Positions 62,318 to 64,000 of a stretch of 64,000 nucleotides of DNA are shown piece after piece. The notes beneath the pieces were generated by a model that searched no databases, was not told where the DNA came from, and worked only from the letters and a program-made list of their open reading frames with translations. The position numbers were made by a program, and so were the translations under genes. Source of the DNA: Mycobacteriales bacterium (GTDB lineage: Bacteria; Actinomycetota; Actinomycetes; Mycobacteriales; QHCE01); NCBI GenBank assembly GCA_013362805.1, contig JABFVL010000058.1, positions 38,805 through 102,804 on the forward strand, read 5' to 3'. Each line of letters opens with the position of its first letter. Within the stretch, counting starts at the first letter, position 1.

Positions 62318-64000
62318 CGCCTCGGGCGGCCCTTCTGGGCACCATCATCGCGACCAAGCAACCACCTGAGCGCGCTCAGACCGCCACGACGAGCACGTCG
62401 ACGTCGGCCGGATCTGCCCTGGTCCATTTCATTCGCACCCGCTCCTTGCGGAGGATGAGTTCCGGCCGGCGCTGGAGGCATTGCGGGACGTGGCGGGATC
62501 GGCGGTTGAGCGGTCGGTGGCCCGGCTGGCGTTGGCAGTGGCTCCGCTTGCGTCTGCCCCGTAGTCACCGCTGGCTCTTCGACCGGCGGTGCCTGCTGGT
62601 AGCCCCCCTCGTCTGGATCGGAGGCGGGGCCGGATTCTGCTCCTACCTGTGCTTGTTGACGAAGTTCCTCTGCCCGGGCAGCCGCTTCATCTACACCCTG
62701 TTTGTACGTCGCATACCGGCCGACTTCCGCGGCGGACAGTCCTTCCAGATGGCCCTGCTCGACTGTTTCCGTTCCCGCCTCCGCCTCTTGGCTAACGGTG
62801 ACGCCGACCTCACCCCCTTGTTTCCCCACACCTTTCATCGCATTCTCAAGATTTTGAACCGACGAGGTGCGATCGGGCTCTCCCTCCTCGACCACCACGT
62901 TGGGTGGCATCGGCTGTGGGCCACCACTTGCGCTGCCTAGCCGGTTCAGCGGGTGGGCAGCAATCGCGCCTTCCGTCAACTGACGCACAGTCGCGGCAGT
63001 TTCTGCCGCAGCCGTCGTAGCGTCAGCAACACTTTCCTCACCTTGGAAAGGCTCTGGCGCGGTACCCTGATTCACCCACTCCTGCGCGGCATCACCCGCT
63101 AGGCCAATAAGCTGGCTCGACTGTCGATAATCCTTACGTGTTGACGGGAATTGGTCGGCGGTGTACTCACCGGCCTGCTGCCAGGCATCAAGCTTTTGCC
63201 ACCATTCGTCCATAGCTGCGGTGAGCTGTTCCGGCCCTCCTTCCGCGTTGACGTCAATGGCCGCCATCTCATCTGTTCTTCGCATGAGATCTTCCGCGAA
63301 GCCATCGGCGGCGAATTTGGCATCCTGAACCGCCTGAGCGACATCTTGAGGTTCAGCACTGCCACTGGCCAAAACCCCCGCTGTGCTCGTGAGGTCGTGC
63401 AACGCGGTAGTGCCCTCTTCCGAGGCACCTCGTCCCCGCATCTCTTCGCCGCGCTGAGGATCGTAGCCTTGAACGGGGAAATCGACGCCAGCTAGTGGCA
63501 CATCCGTCCGAGCGGGATCCGTGAGCATGTGTGAATACAGATCGCGAGAATCGACGGGCAACGGGGCCACGTTCACATTGAGCATCTCCCTAACGGCGGC
63601 GTGCTCAGCCGGGCTTAGACCGGCGCCCTCACGAAGCTGCTCGGTTTCTTCATCCTGCTCCTCGCCCTCAACCTCGATTTCGCCATCGTTGTTGAGGACT
63701 TTGGCGGCCGCTTGATTAGTACGCCGGAATGCTTCCTGAGCCGCTGTTTCATCTTCGGGCAGCACATCCTGGAGACGTTCCGCGAACTCATCAATGGTGT
63801 TGAGCTGGCCAGTAAGCACATCACGTCGCTCGGCGGCCGCAGCTCGCTCGTCCGGTGAGGGCTCTTGCCCCTCGGCCAAGGCTTCGAACGCTTCACTGAT
63901 TTTCGCCAGAGTGGCAGCGGCTTCATCAATTGGACGGTTGAACTCATTTGCCACCAACGCATGCGCGGCTGCGAATTCAGTGGCGCTCAGGGGCAGTTTT
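62314..64000 (-). CDS. array lead gene A0 (at least 561 aa; 5' end open at the window edge); acidic helical protein with the family C-terminal block and a Pro-rich basic tail
   Basis: The track gives 62314..63957 from a TTG, but my own read of the same frame shows it stays open to 64000 (KLPLSATEFAAAHALVANEF...). It lacks the Pro-rich N-terminal leader in the visible part. It ends with ...PPIPPRPAMPPAPAG...RRRRARRGGLSALRWLLGRDDGAQKGRPRR, which matches the (Y/F/W)-L-x-R-D-D-G block of A1-A9. Confidence 0.75.
   Translation of the reverse strand, partial: KLPLSATEFAAAHALVANEFNRPIDEAAATLAKISEAFEALAEGQEPSPDERAAAAERRDVLTGQLNTIDEFAERLQDVLPEDETAAQEAFRRTNQAAAKVLNNDGEIEVEGEEQDEETEQLREGAGLSPAEHAAVREMLNVNVAPLPVDSRDLYSHMLTDPARTDVPLAGVDFPVQGYDPQRGEEMRGRGASEEGTTALHDLTSTAGVLASGSAEPQDVAQAVQDAKFAADGFAEDLMRRTDEMAAIDVNAEGGPEQLTAAMDEWWQKLDAWQQAGEYTADQFPSTRKDYRQSSQLIGLAGDAAQEWVNQGTAPEPFQGEESVADATTAAAETAATVRQLTEGAIAAHPLNRLGSASGGPQPMPPNVVVEEGEPDRTSSVQNLENAMKGVGKQGGEVGVTVSQEAEAGTETVEQGHLEGLSAAEVGRYATYKQGVDEAAARAEELRQQAQVGAESGPASDPDEGGYQQAPPVEEPAVTTGQTQAEPLPTPAGPPTAQPPIPPRPAMPPAPAGTHPPQGAGANEMDQGRSGRRRRARRGGLSALRWLLGRDDGAQKGRPRR

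Noticed and set aside
61993-62940. 315-aa + strand ORF, and many other 60-230-aa ORFs antisense to or out of frame with the giant genes (e.g. 32402..33061, 35392..36090, 36392..37048, 20256..20777, 20994..21479)
   Set aside because: They have the typical Arg/Pro/Ser/Ala-rich composition of high-GC shadow frames. Each is fully contained in a much longer ORF with protein-like composition and paralog support.
24813-64000. CRISPR array, or a DNA-level tandem repeat, as the explanation for the roughly 3.5-kb periodicity
   Set aside because: The periodic signal is protein-level paralogy of long ORFs. There are no short identical direct repeats with unique spacers, and DNA identity between units is limited to short patches such as the 19-mer in the leaders.
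24813-64000. Sec/Tat signal peptides, LPXTG sortase signals, or Rhs/YD, RTX, or polymorphic-toxin features in the giant proteins
   Set aside because: The N-termini are Pro/Asp/Glu-rich with no hydrophobic core or twin-arginine motif. I saw no LPXTG with a hydrophobic tail, no YD or GGxGxD repeats and no recognisable toxin domain. The check was by eye only.
1-64000. Mobile element, genomic island or prophage origin of the array
   Set aside because: There is no integrase, transposase, tRNA attachment site, terminal inverted or direct repeats, or phage genes in the window, and no obvious compositional break at 24.8 kb by eye. The upstream boundary is outside the window, so this cannot be fully excluded.

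Overview
This is a GC-rich actinobacterial chromosomal segment. The gene content looks Corynebacteriales-like (two MMPL transporters, metNIQ, purC); that placement is inference only. The window splits into two parts.

(1) Positions 1-24.8 kb hold ordinary housekeeping and envelope genes. These are a partial PdxH-like gene, metQIN preceded by a terminator-bearing leader, and a 2-hydroxyacid dehydrogenase. Next come an acyltransferase-3, an HTTM-like membrane protein with a small partner, and a minus-strand operon of a 957-aa orphan membrane protein, a P-loop protein and a DCC thiol-disulfide oxidoreductase. After those come purC and a NarL-type two-component system with a DUF4097 protein, a PP2C-like protein and an M6-like metalloprotease, flanked by two MMPL transporters. 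The part ends with a divergent TetR/MFS pair.

(2) Positions 24.8-64.0 kb, running off the window edge, are filled by one co-directional minus-strand array of 11 very large ORFs. Sizes range from 547 aa or more up to 1805 aa, and most are about 1100-1290 aa. The ORFs are packed with 0-71 nt gaps or ATGA/GTGA start-stop overlaps. By-eye alignment shows they are diverged paralogs. They share a Pro-rich N-terminal leader ((R)SLP..FA-x-LP..DDPLDALL), an acidic body that looks helical, and a central P-R-(I/V)-G-x-P-Y-(V/I)-P block. They also share a C-terminal (I/V)-A-R-x-(Y/F)-L-x-x-D-D block followed by a basic Pro/Gly tail.

I saw no signal peptide, TM helix, sortase signal, nucleotide-binding motif or catalytic motif in any of them, and I cannot assign them to a known family. 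This array is the main candidate for an undescribed system. I found no rRNA, tRNA, CRISPR array, transposase or integrase.
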